The notes: a model not told the origin generated them from the letters alone. A stretch of DNA of 64,000 nt from Gammaproteobacteria bacterium (GCA_007127715.1 SKYU01000009.1:2411-66410), one strand, 5' to 3'; positions 38,480 to 48,887 are shown, counted from the first letter of the stretch. Made by a program: numbers and translations.

Positions 38480-39510
38480 GAGGCCTCCTCGGCGGCTGCT
38501 CGACGCTCCCGCAATCGCTGCAGGTAGCGCGCGACGGCGCGGTTGTGTTCCTCCAGCGTCACGGAAAACACATGGCTGCCGTCGCCCAGGCCACTCGCGA
38601 CGAAAAACAGCTCTTCACCGTCCGCCGGGTTGACGGCGGCTTCCAGCGAACGGCGTCCCGGCAGGGCGATCGGTGTGGGCGGCAGCCCATGCCGGGTGTA
38701 GGTGTTGTAGGGGGTGTCGCGCTGCAGGTCGGCGCGGCGCAGCCGGTCGGTGAAGTCTTCGCCCAGCCCATAAATCACCGTGGGATCGGTCTGAAGACGC
38801 ATCCCGAGTTGCAGACGGCGCACGAACACGCCCGCGATCCGCTCGCGTTCCTCATCCAGCCCCGTCTCCTTTTCGATGATCGACGCGAGGATCAAGGCCT
38901 CGTAGGGTGTATCGAAAGGCAGGTCAGGCTGGCGCGCCGCCCAGATTTCATCGAGGTGACGGCGCATGAGCCCGCGCGCCCGGCGGAGAATCTCGATGTC
39001 CGTCGTACCCCGGGCGAAACGGAAGGTGTCAGGGAAAAACAGGCCCTCGGGATGCTGGTCGGACTCGCCCAGCGCAGCCATCAGGGACTCGCCGTCCAGG
39101 CCGCTGCTGCGCACCGCATCGTGGGCTCGCAGGGCCGCGAGCATGTCCTGGAATCGCCAGCCCTCGACCACGGTGAGCTGGTGCAGGATCACCCGTCCCT
39201 GCACCACCCGTTCCAGGAAACCGCGCGGGGTCATTCCCGGTTCGAGCAGATACTCGCCGGCCTGCAACCGCTGGTCGGCACCCTGCCAGCGTCCCCAGCG
39301 CGCCAGCACCCGCGGATGGGCGAGCCCGGCCTCCTGGGCGAGCATGGCGGCCACTGCCGAGAGACTCTGGCCGCTACCGACCTCCACCACCTTGGGCGCC
39401 TCTACCGCCAGCGGCCGGTCCAGATAGTGCTCGAGCCAGACCCAGCCGCCAGCCACCGTCGCACCGGCCGCGACGAGCAGCAGCGCAAGCAGCGCGGCCA
39501 GGCGCCGCAT
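38476..39510 (-). CDS. mltG: Endolytic murein transglycosylase MltG (YceG)
   Basis: ATG at 39510 overlaps the pabC stop (ATGA). N-terminal anchor. ILASIIEKET, PTVIYG, YNTY, LPPTPI motifs. Confidence 0.9.
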   Translation of the reverse strand: MRRLAALLALLLVAAGATVAGGWVWLEHYLDRPLAVEAPKVVEVGSGQSLSAVAAMLAQEAGLAHPRVLARWGRWQGADQRLQAGEYLLEPGMTPRGFLERVVQGRVILHQLTVVEGWRFQDMLAALRAHDAVRSSGLDGESLMAALGESDQHPEGLFFPDTFRFARGTTDIEILRRARGLMRRHLDEIWAARQPDLPFDTPYEALILASIIEKETGLDEERERIAGVFVRRLQLGMRLQTDPTVIYGLGEDFTDRLRRADLQRDTPYNTYTRHGLPPTPIALPGRRSLEAAVNPADGEELFFVASGLGDGSHVFSVTLEEHNRAVARYLQRLRERRAAAEEAS

Positions 39511-40328
39511 CACGCACCCACCCCGGCGTCCGCCAGCGCCCCCTGCAGGGCCCGGGTCAGTGGGCCGCGGCTCATGTCGCGGGCGCCCAGGCGCCGCACT
39601 GGCCACAGACCGATCAGGGCATTGGTGAGGAACAGCTCATCGGCACCGGCCAGGGTATCGAGGTCGAGATCACGCTCGATGCACTCGAGCCCCAGACGCG
39701 CCGCCTCACGACGTACCAGCCCCCGCATCACGCCGGCCACACCGCAGCGCGTGAGCGCTGGCGTCTCCAGGCGACCCTGGCGTACGGCAAAGACGTTGCT
39801 CATGGTGCCGCAGACCACCCGACCCTCGCTGTCGAGCATGATGCCCTCCTGCCATGGCCCGCCGCGCCATTCCGAGCGGGCCATCACCTGTTCCAGGCGG
39901 TTGAGATGCTTGACCCCGGCCAAGGCGGGGTTGAGCCCCAGGCGAGTCTCGCAGACACGCACCGCGACACCTCGAGTGTAGTGGCTGCGAGGCCATGACG
40001 GCCAGGCAAAGCGCCCGAGCATCCGCCGGGTGTGGGTCGGCTGCGGAGGAGCGTAGCCGCGCTGGCCGTCGCCCCGGCTGACAATCAGTTTCAGCACCGC
40101 GCGGGCCTGTCGCCTGGCCAGGCGCTCGAGTTCACCGGCCAACAGGTCCGCAGGCGGCGGCGGGAGGTGAAGTCGCCGGCAGCCCTCCGCCAGCCGCGCG
40201 AGATGCAGCGGCAGCAGGCGCACGCGTCCCTCGACCACGGCCAGGGTCTCGAACAGGCCATCACCATAGTGAAGGCCACGGTCGGTCACGGGCAGCCGCG
40301 TCGCGCGCCGGCCGTCAATCAGCCACAT
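39510..40328 (-). CDS. pabC: Aminodeoxychorismate lyase (class IV aminotransferase fold)
   Basis: DRGLHYGDGLFETL...GVKHLNRLEQV. 272 aa, located between pabB and mltG. Confidence 0.85.
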   Translation of the reverse strand: MWLIDGRRATRLPVTDRGLHYGDGLFETLAVVEGRVRLLPLHLARLAEGCRRLHLPPPPADLLAGELERLARRQARAVLKLIVSRGDGQRGYAPPQPTHTRRMLGRFAWPSWPRSHYTRGVAVRVCETRLGLNPALAGVKHLNRLEQVMARSEWRGGPWQEGIMLDSEGRVVCGTMSNVFAVRQGRLETPALTRCGVAGVMRGLVRREAARLGLECIERDLDLDTLAGADELFLTNALIGLWPVRRLGARDMSRGPLTRALQGALADAGVGA

Positions 40329-41649
40329 GGCGTCCCCCGCCCAGTGCCAGCAGCAGACCTCGAGCCTTGGCGCGGGTCTCGGCCAGCTCCCGGTTCGGCC
40401 GTGAATCGGCCACGATCCCGGCGCCAGCCCTCAGTGTCACCCGGTCGTCTTCCTGTACCAGCGTGCGAATGAGAATGTTCAGGTCCATGCTGCCATCGTG
40501 CCCCAGATAGCCCATCGAGCCTGTATACGGACCCCGCGGGCTGGCCTCCAGTTCGGCGATCAGCGCCATGCAGCGCACCTTGGGGCAGCCGGTGATGGTG
40601 CCGCCGGGGAACAGCGCGGCGATCGCCTGGCCCGGGGTGATCTCGGGGCGCAGCCGTCCGCTGACGTTGGAGACGATGTGGTGGACGTGCGCATAGCTCT
40701 CCAGCGCCATGAACTCGTCGACCCGGACGCTGCCGCCCTCACAGACCCGCCCGAGGTCGTTGCGCTCGAGGTCGATCAGCATGATGTGCTCCGCCCGCTC
40801 CTTGGGGCTGCGGTGGAGCGAGCGCCGACGACGTCGATCATCCGCCTCGTCACGCTCGCGCGGGCGCGTGCCGGCGATGGGCCGGGTCTCGATGCGACGC
40901 CCCTCGACCCGCAGCAGACGCTCCGGCGAGGAACTCAGCACGGTGAACCCGGGGAATCGCGCAATCCCGGCAAACGGACCCGGATTGCTGCGGCACAGGG
41001 CCAGATACAGCGCCAGCGGGTCCGGCCGCTCGCCGTAGCGGGCCTGCCAGGCACGCGACAGATTCGCCTGGAACACATCTCCGGCGGCGATATGGTCGCG
41101 GGCCCTGCGGACGGCCTGCCGGTAGCGCTCCGGCGGATCTTCTTCCACGACTTCCGGAACGGCCAACGGCGGGGGCGTGGCCCCCGCGGCCTGCCGTACG
41201 TCGCGCACCAGATCGGCAAGCAGCGCCTGTCCACCGGACTCGGCCACCAGCCAGGCCTTGCGGGCGTGGTGGTCGCGGATCAGGGCCGCGCGGCAGCGCG
41301 TGGCGATGGCGACAGGATGGCGGCTGGCCGGCAGGCGCAGACATGGCTCGATCTCGCCGGCCAGCTCATAGCCGAGATAGATGAACCAGCCCCCGACAAA
41401 AGGGAGCTTCCCGGGTGGCGCAGCCGCCTCCACAGTGCGCCTCCCGGCCGCCCAGGCGTCATCGAGGTGACGCAGGAACGGCGTCCCGGCATCAGCGGTC
41501 AGCTGCTCGCCGACTCCACCAAACAGGATGTCGTAGCGTGCCCGCTCACCGTCGCGGGCGGCACTCTGCAGCAGGAAGGGATAGCGCTCGGGCGACAGCG
41601 CCTGCACCGCCCAGGGGGCGACGCGGTAATCCGCCGCCTCGATATGCAC
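40315..41649 (-). CDS. pabB: Aminodeoxychorismate synthase component I
   Basis: Chorismate-binding family motifs SPERLL, PGGTITGCPK, GPYTGSMGY. Probable GTG start. The 3' end overlaps pabC by 14 nt. An anthranilate-synthase-type paralogue cannot be excluded. Confidence 0.8.
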   Translation of the reverse strand: MHIEAADYRVAPWAVQALSPERYPFLLQSAARDGERARYDILFGGVGEQLTADAGTPFLRHLDDAWAAGRRTVEAAAPPGKLPFVGGWFIYLGYELAGEIEPCLRLPASRHPVAIATRCRAALIRDHHARKAWLVAESGGQALLADLVRDVRQAAGATPPPLAVPEVVEEDPPERYRQAVRRARDHIAAGDVFQANLSRAWQARYGERPDPLALYLALCRSNPGPFAGIARFPGFTVLSSSPERLLRVEGRRIETRPIAGTRPRERDEADDRRRRRSLHRSPKERAEHIMLIDLERNDLGRVCEGGSVRVDEFMALESYAHVHHIVSNVSGRLRPEITPGQAIAALFPGGTITGCPKVRCMALIAELEASPRGPYTGSMGYLGHDGSMDLNILIRTLVQEDDRVTLRAGAGIVADSRPNRELAETRAKARGLLLALGGGRHVAD

Positions 41650-41650
41650 T

Positions 41651-42895
41651 TCAGCCGGCGCGGCGGAATACCAGGGTGCCGTTGGTGCCGCCGAAACCGA
41701 AGGAATTGGAGAGCGCTACCTCGAGTTTTGCCTGGCGTGCCTCGCCCGGGACGTAGTCGAGGTCGCAGCGGGGGTCCGGATCGTCGAGATTGATGGTCGG
41801 CGGAATCACCTGGTCACGCAGCGCCATGACGGTGAACACTGCCTCGACACCGCCGGCGGCACCGAGCAGGTGGCCCGTGGTGGACTTGGTCGAACTTACC
41901 GCCAGCCGATCCGCCTGGTCGCCGAACAGCCGACGGATGGCGAGGGTCTCGGCGATATCGCCGAGTGGCGTGGAGGTACCATGGGCATTGATGTAGCCGA
42001 CGCTGTCGAGGTCCACACCGGCATCGGCCAGCGCCGCCGCCATGGCGGCACGGGCACCTTCGCCGTCTTCGGGCGGGGCGGTGATGTGGTGGGCATCCCC
42101 ACTCATCCCGAACCCGATGAGCTCGGCCAGGATGGGCGCACCCCGCGCACGGGCGTGCTCGTATTCCTCGAGCAGCAGGGCGCCGGCACCATCGGAGAGT
42201 ACGAATCCGTCGCGCCCGCGATCCCAGGGACGGCTGGCCGCCTGGGGGTCGTCGTTACGGGTGGAGAGCGCACGCATCGAGCAGAATCCGCCAAGCCCGA
42301 GCGGCGTGGTGGCATGCTCGGCGCCGCCGGCGAGCATGGCGTCGGCATCCCCGTAGGCAATCATCCGCCCGGCCATGCCGATCGAGTGGGTCGCCGTGGT
42401 GCAGGCGGTCACCAGCGCCAGGTTGGGCCCGGTGATGCCGTGCATGATCGACACGTGACCGGAAATCATGTTGATGATGCTGCCGGGCACGAAAAACGGC
42501 GAGATCTTGCGGGGCTGATGGGCCTCGTAATATTTCGCGTGGTTGTTTTCGATGGTGCCGATACCGCCGATGCCGGCACCCATGGTGACGCCGATGCGAT
42601 GGCGGTTCGCGTCGCTGATCTCGAGGCCGGCATGGGCCAGCGCCTGACTGCAGGCCGCGATGCCATAGTGCATGAAGGGGTCGATCTTGCGCGCCTCCTT
42701 GGCACTCATGACCGACTCGACGTCGAAATCCCTCACCACGCCGCCGAAACGGGTGGTGAACAGGCTCGTGTCGAACGAATCGATGGGGCCGATACCACTG
42801 ACCCCGTCCACCACGTTCTTCCACGCAGACTCGACCGTGTTGCCCACGGGCGACACGATACCGAGGCCGGTGACCACCACTCGGCGTCTACTCAT
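41651..42895 (-). CDS. fabF: 3-oxoacyl-ACP synthase II
   Basis: 414 aa. [14 protein letters not shown], active-site [24 protein letters not shown]. Confidence 0.95.
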   Translation of the reverse strand: MSRRRVVVTGLGIVSPVGNTVESAWKNVVDGVSGIGPIDSFDTSLFTTRFGGVVRDFDVESVMSAKEARKIDPFMHYGIAACSQALAHAGLEISDANRHRIGVTMGAGIGGIGTIENNHAKYYEAHQPRKISPFFVPGSIINMISGHVSIMHGITGPNLALVTACTTATHSIGMAGRMIAYGDADAMLAGGAEHATTPLGLGGFCSMRALSTRNDDPQAASRPWDRGRDGFVLSDGAGALLLEEYEHARARGAPILAELIGFGMSGDAHHITAPPEDGEGARAAMAAALADAGVDLDSVGYINAHGTSTPLGDIAETLAIRRLFGDQADRLAVSSTKSTTGHLLGAAGGVEAVFTVMALRDQVIPPTINLDDPDPRCDLDYVPGEARQAKLEVALSNSFGFGGTNGTLVFRRAG

Positions 42896-42946
42896 GACAC
42901 TGTCCGGATTGGCGCTGGGCGGGCGAGGCTCGACCGGGCCCGCCGA

Positions 42947-43189
42947 TCAGGAATCGCCCTTGCGCGCCAGGATGTAGTCGATGGCCTGCTGGACGGTGGT
43001 GATCTTTTCGGCTTCCTCGTCCGGGATCTCGGTCTCGAACTCTTCCTCGAGGGCCATCACCAGTTCCACGGTGTCCAGGGAGTCGGCACCAAGATCATCG
43101 ACGAACGATGCGTCATTGGTGACTTCCTCTTCCTTGACGCCGAGCTGTTCCGCGACGATCGCCTTGACCTGCTGTTCAATGCTGCTCAT
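42947..43189 (-). CDS. acpP: Acyl carrier protein
   Basis: [18 protein letters not shown]...[20 protein letters not shown], including the phosphopantetheine-attachment DSL. Confidence 0.96.
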   Translation of the reverse strand: MSSIEQQVKAIVAEQLGVKEEEVTNDASFVDDLGADSLDTVELVMALEEEFETEIPDEEAEKITTVQQAIDYILARKGDS

Positions 43190-43385
43190 GGTGCCTGTCA
43201 TCCTCTTGGCGGCAGTGGTTAGGGTGCTCGCGCCCCCGGCGCTGGAGACCGCAGGCGCGTATTCTAGGGGAATCTCCGCAAGCAGACCAGCAAACGCCGG
43301 CCCCGTCGGCCATTCACCCTTATTTCTCTATTAAAAACAACGATAAAAAAACTAAATATAATGCAGTTTATGTTCTTTTGACGGC

Positions 43386-44150
43386 CTAGGCCATGTACAT
43401 GCCGCCGTTGACGTGCAGGGTCTCGCCGGTGATGTAGCCGGCTGCATCGGAGGCAAGAAACGCCACCGCGTCGGCAACGTCTGCCGCCGAGCCCAGCCGC
43501 CCCCCCGGAATCTGTGCCAGCAGTGCCTCGCGCTGCGACTCATCCAGCGCCCGGGTCATGTCGGTATCGATGAAGCCCGGGGCCACGGTGTTGACCGTGA
43601 TCCCCCGGGAACCGACCTCGCGGGCGAGTGCCTTGCCAAACCCGATCATCCCGGCTTTCGCGGCCGCGTAGTTGCTCTGCCCGGCATTCCCCATCGCCCC
43701 GACGACAGAGGCGATATTGATGATCCGCCCCCAGCGTGCCTTCATCATGGCACGAAGACAGGCCCTGGAGGTGCGGTAGAGAGCGCTGAGGTCGACGTTG
43801 ATCACCTCGTGCCACTCCTCCGGCTTCATGCGCATCAGCAGGTTGTCCCGCGTGATGCCGGCGTTGTTCACCAGAATGGCCGGCGCGCCCTCGGCGTCGC
43901 CCATTGCCTTGAAGAACGCCTCGACGGCGGCATCATCGCCGACCTCGAGCACCGCACCGCGCCCGCCCTCGCCCAGGCGCTCGCTGATGGCGGTCGCCCC
44001 GGCCTCGCTGGTGGCGGTACCGACCACGCGGCAGCCCTGGGAGAGCAGCGTCTCGGCAATCTGTGCACCGATGCCCCGCGAAGCGCCGGTCACCAGGGCC
44101 ACACGCCCGTCCAGCCCAGGCAGACGGATCCGTTCGTTGATCGTGCTCAT
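43386..44150 (-). CDS. fabG: 3-oxoacyl-ACP reductase
   Basis: ATG at 44150 overlaps the fabD stop (ATGA). VTGASRGIG, NNAG, YAAAKAG. Confidence 0.93.
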   Translation of the reverse strand: MSTINERIRLPGLDGRVALVTGASRGIGAQIAETLLSQGCRVVGTATSEAGATAISERLGEGGRGAVLEVGDDAAVEAFFKAMGDAEGAPAILVNNAGITRDNLLMRMKPEEWHEVINVDLSALYRTSRACLRAMMKARWGRIINIASVVGAMGNAGQSNYAAAKAGMIGFGKALAREVGSRGITVNTVAPGFIDTDMTRALDESQREALLAQIPGGRLGSAADVADAVAFLASDAAGYITGETLHVNGGMYMA

Positions 44151-45085
44151 GCCTCCTCCCCGACGAGCGCCGCCGAGAGGGCGTCCGCATCGTGCAACGA
44201 CACCGCAGCCAGTCCACGGTCGATCCGGCGGGCCAGTCCCGTCAGCACCTTGCCCGGACCACACTCGACCAGCCGGCCGATCCCGCGACCGGCCAGCCAC
44301 TGGACGGTCTCCACCCACCGTACCGGACTGTGCAGCTGCCGCACCAGCGAAGCGCGGATCGCCTCAGGCGTCTCGGGCGTCGCCACGTCCACATTGTTCA
44401 CCACGGGGATGACCGGCGGCCTGATCTCGATCGCAGCGAGTGCCTCGCCGAGGTGCTCGGCCGCAGGCGCCATGAGCGACGAATGGCAGGGGGCGCTCAC
44501 CGGCAGGAACACCCCGCGACGCGCACCACGCTCGCGCGCCGCCGCCAGAGCACGCTCGATCGCGCTGCGGTGCCCGGCGATGACCACCTGGCCGGGCGCG
44601 TTGAGGTTCACCGCCTCCACCACCTCCCCGCCGGCGACCTCGCGGCAGACACTGCGAAGCGCCTCGTCATCAAGCCCAAGCACCGCAGCCATGCCCCCCT
44701 CGCCCTCCGGCACGGCGGCCTGCATGAGCTGGCCGCGCAGGCGTACAAGGCGCAGTGCTGGCGCGAAGTCCAGCGCGCCAGCGCAAACGTAGGCGGTATA
44801 TTCGCCAAGACTGTGCCCCGCCATACGCACCGGGGTGGCACCACCGGCCGCCTGCCAGGCGCGGTATACGGCCACGCCGGCAAGCAGCATGGCCGGCTGG
44901 GTGTATTCGGTGAGATTGAGCGTCTCCGCGGGACCTGCCGCGATCAGTGCCCCGATGTCGAAGCCCAGCGCCGCGTTGGCTTCCTGCACGGTCTCGGCCA
45001 CCACGGGCCAGGCAGCGCTGAAACTGTCCAGCATGCCCACGGACTGCGAACCCTGCCCCGGAAACACGAACGCCTCTGCTGTCAC
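44147..45085 (-). CDS. fabD: Malonyl CoA-ACP transacylase
   Basis: Probable GTG start at 45085, preceded by GGGGGAG. FVFPGQGSQ, GHSLGEY. The longer ORF reaching 45526 overlaps the rhomboid gene. Confidence 0.9.
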   Translation of the reverse strand: MTAEAFVFPGQGSQSVGMLDSFSAAWPVVAETVQEANAALGFDIGALIAAGPAETLNLTEYTQPAMLLAGVAVYRAWQAAGGATPVRMAGHSLGEYTAYVCAGALDFAPALRLVRLRGQLMQAAVPEGEGGMAAVLGLDDEALRSVCREVAGGEVVEAVNLNAPGQVVIAGHRSAIERALAAARERGARRGVFLPVSAPCHSSLMAPAAEHLGEALAAIEIRPPVIPVVNNVDVATPETPEAIRASLVRQLHSPVRWVETVQWLAGRGIGRLVECGPGKVLTGLARRIDRGLAAVSLHDADALSAALVGEEA

Positions 45086-45153
45086 GGCTCCCCCGTCTCT
45101 GCCTGCCCTGGCTGGCCCCGCCGTCTGCGCGGCGTCGGGCTGAAGGCCGGCGA

Positions 45154-45777
45154 TTATACGCAAGGCGGCCGCCGGGTGAACCACCGGATCAACCCGCCCG
45201 TCAGCACCCCGCCAAGACTGCCCCATACATGAGCCTCGAAAACCACCCGCGCGCCCGCCGGCAGCCCGCCGCCACCGCCGCCCGTGAAGACATCCCAGGC
45301 AAGCTTGAATGCCAGCCCCAGCAGCAGTGCCGCCGCCAGTCGACGGCTGCCCGGCCGCCATAGCCAGACGGCGCCACCGGCCAGCAGGCCATGCAGGGCC
45401 CCGGAGAACCCGACATACCAGGCCACCCCGGGCGTGAGCACCAGCCCGACGGCGGTGCCGATCACACTGCCGGTCAGCACCCAGGTCAGCGCGCCGGCCG
45501 GCATGCGCGCCAGCAGCAGCAGGCACAAAAGCCCCCAGGCCGCGAGATTGGGCAGCAGATGCCCAAGCCCGAGGTGCAGGACCTGGGCGGTGAGCGGACG
45601 CCAGACCTGCAAGCCCTCCAGCACCGGCCCACGACGATAGCCCAACAGGCTCTGCCAGCTGTCCGGCAGCAGTGCGGCAAGCGCCAGCACGGTGGCCACG
45701 GTCAGCGCGAGCGCTGCACTGCCCGTCGACAAACTGCCGCGGCGCGCATGAAACGATTGGCTCACATTCGCGGTCAT
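45154..45777 (-). CDS. Rhomboid-family intramembrane serine protease, rhombosortase-like (minimal 6-TM form)
   Basis: HLGLGHLLPN (TM2 H..N), GFSGALHG (catalytic GxSG), EAHVWGSLGG (catalytic His). ~200 aa with no extra domains. Confidence 0.65.
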   Translation of the reverse strand: MTANVSQSFHARRGSLSTGSAALALTVATVLALAALLPDSWQSLLGYRRGPVLEGLQVWRPLTAQVLHLGLGHLLPNLAAWGLLCLLLLARMPAGALTWVLTGSVIGTAVGLVLTPGVAWYVGFSGALHGLLAGGAVWLWRPGSRRLAAALLLGLAFKLAWDVFTGGGGGGLPAGARVVFEAHVWGSLGGVLTGGLIRWFTRRPPCV

Positions 45778-45868
45778 AGCGGTATGCTATCGTCAGCCAC
45801 GCAGGGGTCCCAGCGGCCCCGTCGGCTGGCCCGAGGTCACTCGGCGGTCACTCGCAGGTACGGTGGTC

Positions 45869-46321
45869 ATGAACCAGGTTTGCACACTCCCCCCCCGCGC
45901 GCCCCGCAGGCTTCGCGGCTTCACGCTCATCGAGATCATGGTCGTCGTGGTCATCATCGGCATTCTGGCCGCCCTGATCGCACCGACGGTGATCAGTCGC
46001 GTCGATGACGCCCAGATTTCACGGGTCCACAACGACATTCGCGCGATCGAGAGCGCGCTGCAGCTGTTCCGCATGGACAATTTCCGCTATCCGACCACCG
46101 AGGAAGGTCTGCGGGCGCTGGTGGAGCGCCCCAACGACCCGAATGTCCGCAACTGGCGCCCGTACCTGAGCTCGCTGCCACGCGATCCCTGGGACAACCC
46201 CTATCAGTACGTCTCGCCCGGCGTACGCAATCCCGACTACGACGTGTTCTCGTACGGGGCGGACGGCCGTCCCGGCGGCGAGGGCATGAACGCCGACATT
46301 GGCAACTGGCAGATCGACTGA
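45869..46321 (+). CDS. gspG: Type II secretion major pseudopilin GspG
   Basis: Prepilin site G|FTLIEIMVVVVIIGILAALIAP. DPWDNPYQY, GADGRPGGEG. ATG at 45869 (GTG at 45863 is possible). Confidence 0.93.
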   Translation: MNQVCTLPPRAPRRLRGFTLIEIMVVVVIIGILAALIAPTVISRVDDAQISRVHNDIRAIESALQLFRMDNFRYPTTEEGLRALVERPNDPNVRNWRPYLSSLPRDPWDNPYQYVSPGVRNPDYDVFSYGADGRPGGEGMNADIGNWQID

Positions 46322-46874
46322 CGCGGACCCGACCCGCAGCCGCCCGGGCCCGACCCGCCGGGACCGGGGCTTCACGCTGATCGAGCTGCTGGTCGTCGTC
46401 ATGGTGGTGGGCGTGATCGCCGCCGCCGCCGTGCTCTCGCTCACCGCGGGCGGACGTGACCGGGACCTCGAACAACAGGGCCGGCGGCTGGCCGCGCTAC
46501 TCGAGCTCGCCTCCGAAGAGGCCATCCTGCAGGGGAGAGAGTTCGGCTTCGAGGTGGTGGCCGACGGCTACCGGTTCGTCGTCTACGAGCCGGAGCGAGA
46601 TGAATGGTGGCTCCTGGATGACGACATGCATCTCGGCCCACGCACGCTGCCCGACGGACTCCGCCCCGGACTGCGGCTCGAGGGTCGTGAACTGACCCTC
46701 CCCGGTGCCTTCGCCGAGACCCCTCGCCCGCAGGTGCTGCTGCTCTCCAGCGGCGAAATGACGCCGTTTCGGCTCACCCTGCAGCGCGCCGGGCAGTCGC
46801 TGCCCGCCGCCGTTCTCGAGGCCGATGCCGTCGGGCGGCTGTCGCTGCAGTTCGGCGAGGCGGACGACCGATGA
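46299..46874 (+). CDS. gspH: Type II secretion minor pseudopilin GspH
   Basis: G|FTLIELLVVVMVVG prepilin motif. The only in-frame start is TTG at 46299, which overlaps the gspG end. Position after gspG. Confidence 0.8.
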   Translation: MATGRSTDADPTRSRPGPTRRDRGFTLIELLVVVMVVGVIAAAAVLSLTAGGRDRDLEQQGRRLAALLELASEEAILQGREFGFEVVADGYRFVVYEPERDEWWLLDDDMHLGPRTLPDGLRPGLRLEGRELTLPGAFAETPRPQVLLLSSGEMTPFRLTLQRAGQSLPAAVLEADAVGRLSLQFGEADDR

Positions 46875-47314
46875 GTCCGCGAGGGTTCACGTTGCTCGAG
46901 GTCCTGGTCGCACTGACCATTGTTGCCCTGGGCATGCTGGCGGTCTTCACCCAGGCCGGACAGTCCACCCATGCCACCGTACTGATCCAGGAGCGTACCC
47001 TGGCGAGCTGGATCGCCGGCAACCGGATCACCGAGGTCGCCCTCAGCCGCAGCTGGCCCGAGATCGGCGAGCGTGGCGGCGAAGTCGAGTACGGCGGGCG
47101 ACGCTGGCGCTGGCGCGAGGTCGTCGTCGCCACGCCCTCCCCGGCGCTGCGGCGCATCGACGTGTCGGTGGCGCTGGCCGACCGGCCCGACGAGGTTCTG
47201 CACACCGCCTCGGGCTTCCTGGGGGAACCGCCTCCCCCGATGCCCGTGTCACCTTGGGTGCGCGGCGGCGTACTCGACGGCAACGAGGCGCTGCCGGAGG
47301 GGGCGGTGCAATGA
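46871..47314 (+). CDS. gspI: Type II secretion minor pseudopilin GspI
   Basis: ATGA overlap with gspH. MSPRG|FTLLEVLVALTIVA. Confidence 0.85.
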   Translation: MSPRGFTLLEVLVALTIVALGMLAVFTQAGQSTHATVLIQERTLASWIAGNRITEVALSRSWPEIGERGGEVEYGGRRWRWREVVVATPSPALRRIDVSVALADRPDEVLHTASGFLGEPPPPMPVSPWVRGGVLDGNEALPEGAVQ

Positions 47315-47916
47315 ACAGCCGCGGGTTCACCCTGCTGGAAGTCCTGGTGGCGATGGCGATATTCGCCATCCTCAGCGTTCTGGCCTACGGCGGGCTGATG
47401 GTGGTGCTCGATCAGCGGGCCCTCGCCGAGGAGCAGACCGACGCCTGGCGCGAACTCCAGCTCAGCCTGCAGCTGCTGGGGCGTGACCTCCAGCAACTGC
47501 AGCCACGGCCGGTGCGCGACGAGATCGGAGACCGCTACGAACCGGCCTTCCAGAGCCGCCCCGGTCGCAGCAATGCACTGGAGTTCACGCGCGGCGGCTG
47601 GACCAACCCTGCGGGGCTGCCACGGGCCACGCTGCAACGGGTCGCCTACCGCGTCGAGGATGGCGCCTTGCTGCGGATCTACTGGCCGGTGCTCGACCGC
47701 ACCCTGAACACCGAGCCGGTGGTCAGCCGCCTGATCGAGGACATCGACGGCCTCGATCTGCGCATGCTCGATACCCAGGGGAGCTGGCACACCCAGTGGC
47801 CTCCGCCTGGATTCGCCGGCGAGGGAGCGCTGTACACGTTGCCCAGAGCGGTAGAGGTGGCGGTTGAATCGCCGCGTTTCGGGCGGGTGTGGCGCCTGGT
47901 GGAGACCAGCCCGTGA
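47311..47916 (+). CDS. gspJ: Type II secretion minor pseudopilin GspJ
   Basis: ATGA overlap with gspI. MNSRG|FTLLEVLVAMAIF. 201 aa. Confidence 0.85.
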   Translation: MNSRGFTLLEVLVAMAIFAILSVLAYGGLMVVLDQRALAEEQTDAWRELQLSLQLLGRDLQQLQPRPVRDEIGDRYEPAFQSRPGRSNALEFTRGGWTNPAGLPRATLQRVAYRVEDGALLRIYWPVLDRTLNTEPVVSRLIEDIDGLDLRMLDTQGSWHTQWPPPGFAGEGALYTLPRAVEVAVESPRFGRVWRLVETSP

Positions 47917-48842
47917 CCACAGGTCGACACCAACGGGGCGTGGCCGTGATCACCGCGCTGTTGATCGTGGCGATCGCCACCACCATTGCGGTCAATATGC
48001 TCTGGCGCTCTCAGCTCGACCAGCGCCGCACCGCAGCCCTGATCCAGTCGGACCAGGCCTGGCTGTACCTGCGCGGCGCCGAGGCGCTCGCCGCGGATAT
48101 CCTGCGCCAGGACCTGCTGGAGTTCGGACCCGACTCCGACCACCTCGGGGAGATCTGGGCACAGCGCATCGATCCGCTACCGGTCGAGGGTGGTTTCGTG
48201 ACCGGCGAGATCGAAGACCTGCAGGGACGATTCAACCTCAACAACCTGGTCGATGCTGCGGGGCGGGCAGACCCCGTGGCCGTCGAGTGGTTTCAACGGC
48301 TACTGCGCATCCTGGAACTGGACCCGGACCTCGCGTGGTACGTGGTCGACTGGCTGGATGCCGACACGCAGCCGAGCTTTCCGGTCGGCGCGGAGGATGG
48401 TGCCTACACGGGCAGGGAACCACCCTATCGACCGCCCAATCTACCCATCACCAGCCCGACCGAGCTGCTCGCGATCGAAGGCTTCGATGCCGACGGCTTC
48501 GCTCAGCTGCGCCCCTTCGTCGCGGCGCTGCCACAGGGCACGGCGCTCAATGTCAACACGGCGCCCGCGGAGGTCCTGGCTTCGCTGGACGACGGCCTGG
48601 GGCTGTCCAGTGCCCTGCAGCTCATCGAGCAGCGGGGAGACCAGGACTTCCCCGATTACCTGACCCTGTTCGCGCCCCTGGTCAGCGAAAACCTGCTGCC
48701 CCGGCTGGATGAGCGCAGCAGCCATTTCCGACTCACGGCTCGGGCCGCTATTGGCTCAACTGAGCTCACCATGTACTCTCTGCTGCTCCGGGAACCCAAT
48801 GGCGTGGTACGGCCGCTGCTGCGCAGCCTCGGCACGGAATGA
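47913..48842 (+). CDS. gspK: Type II secretion minor pseudopilin GspK
   Basis: GTGA overlap with gspJ (alternative ATG at 47889). GVAVITALLIVAI...FNLNNL...LNVNTAP are typical GspK segments. Confidence 0.85.
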   Translation: MTTGRHQRGVAVITALLIVAIATTIAVNMLWRSQLDQRRTAALIQSDQAWLYLRGAEALAADILRQDLLEFGPDSDHLGEIWAQRIDPLPVEGGFVTGEIEDLQGRFNLNNLVDAAGRADPVAVEWFQRLLRILELDPDLAWYVVDWLDADTQPSFPVGAEDGAYTGREPPYRPPNLPITSPTELLAIEGFDADGFAQLRPFVAALPQGTALNVNTAPAEVLASLDDGLGLSSALQLIEQRGDQDFPDYLTLFAPLVSENLLPRLDERSSHFRLTARAAIGSTELTMYSLLLREPNGVVRPLLRSLGTE

Positions 48843-48887
48843 ACATGCCTGCTGTCCCGGCTGCGCCCCGCCCGCCCGCGAAACGCG

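Noticed and set aside
45153-45181. Perfect TATAAT on the minus strand (45158-45153) upstream of fabD
   Set aside because: The hexamer 17 nt upstream (GTTCAC) is a poor -35, and there is no extended -10. It overlaps the rhomboid stop codon. It is not strong enough to call.
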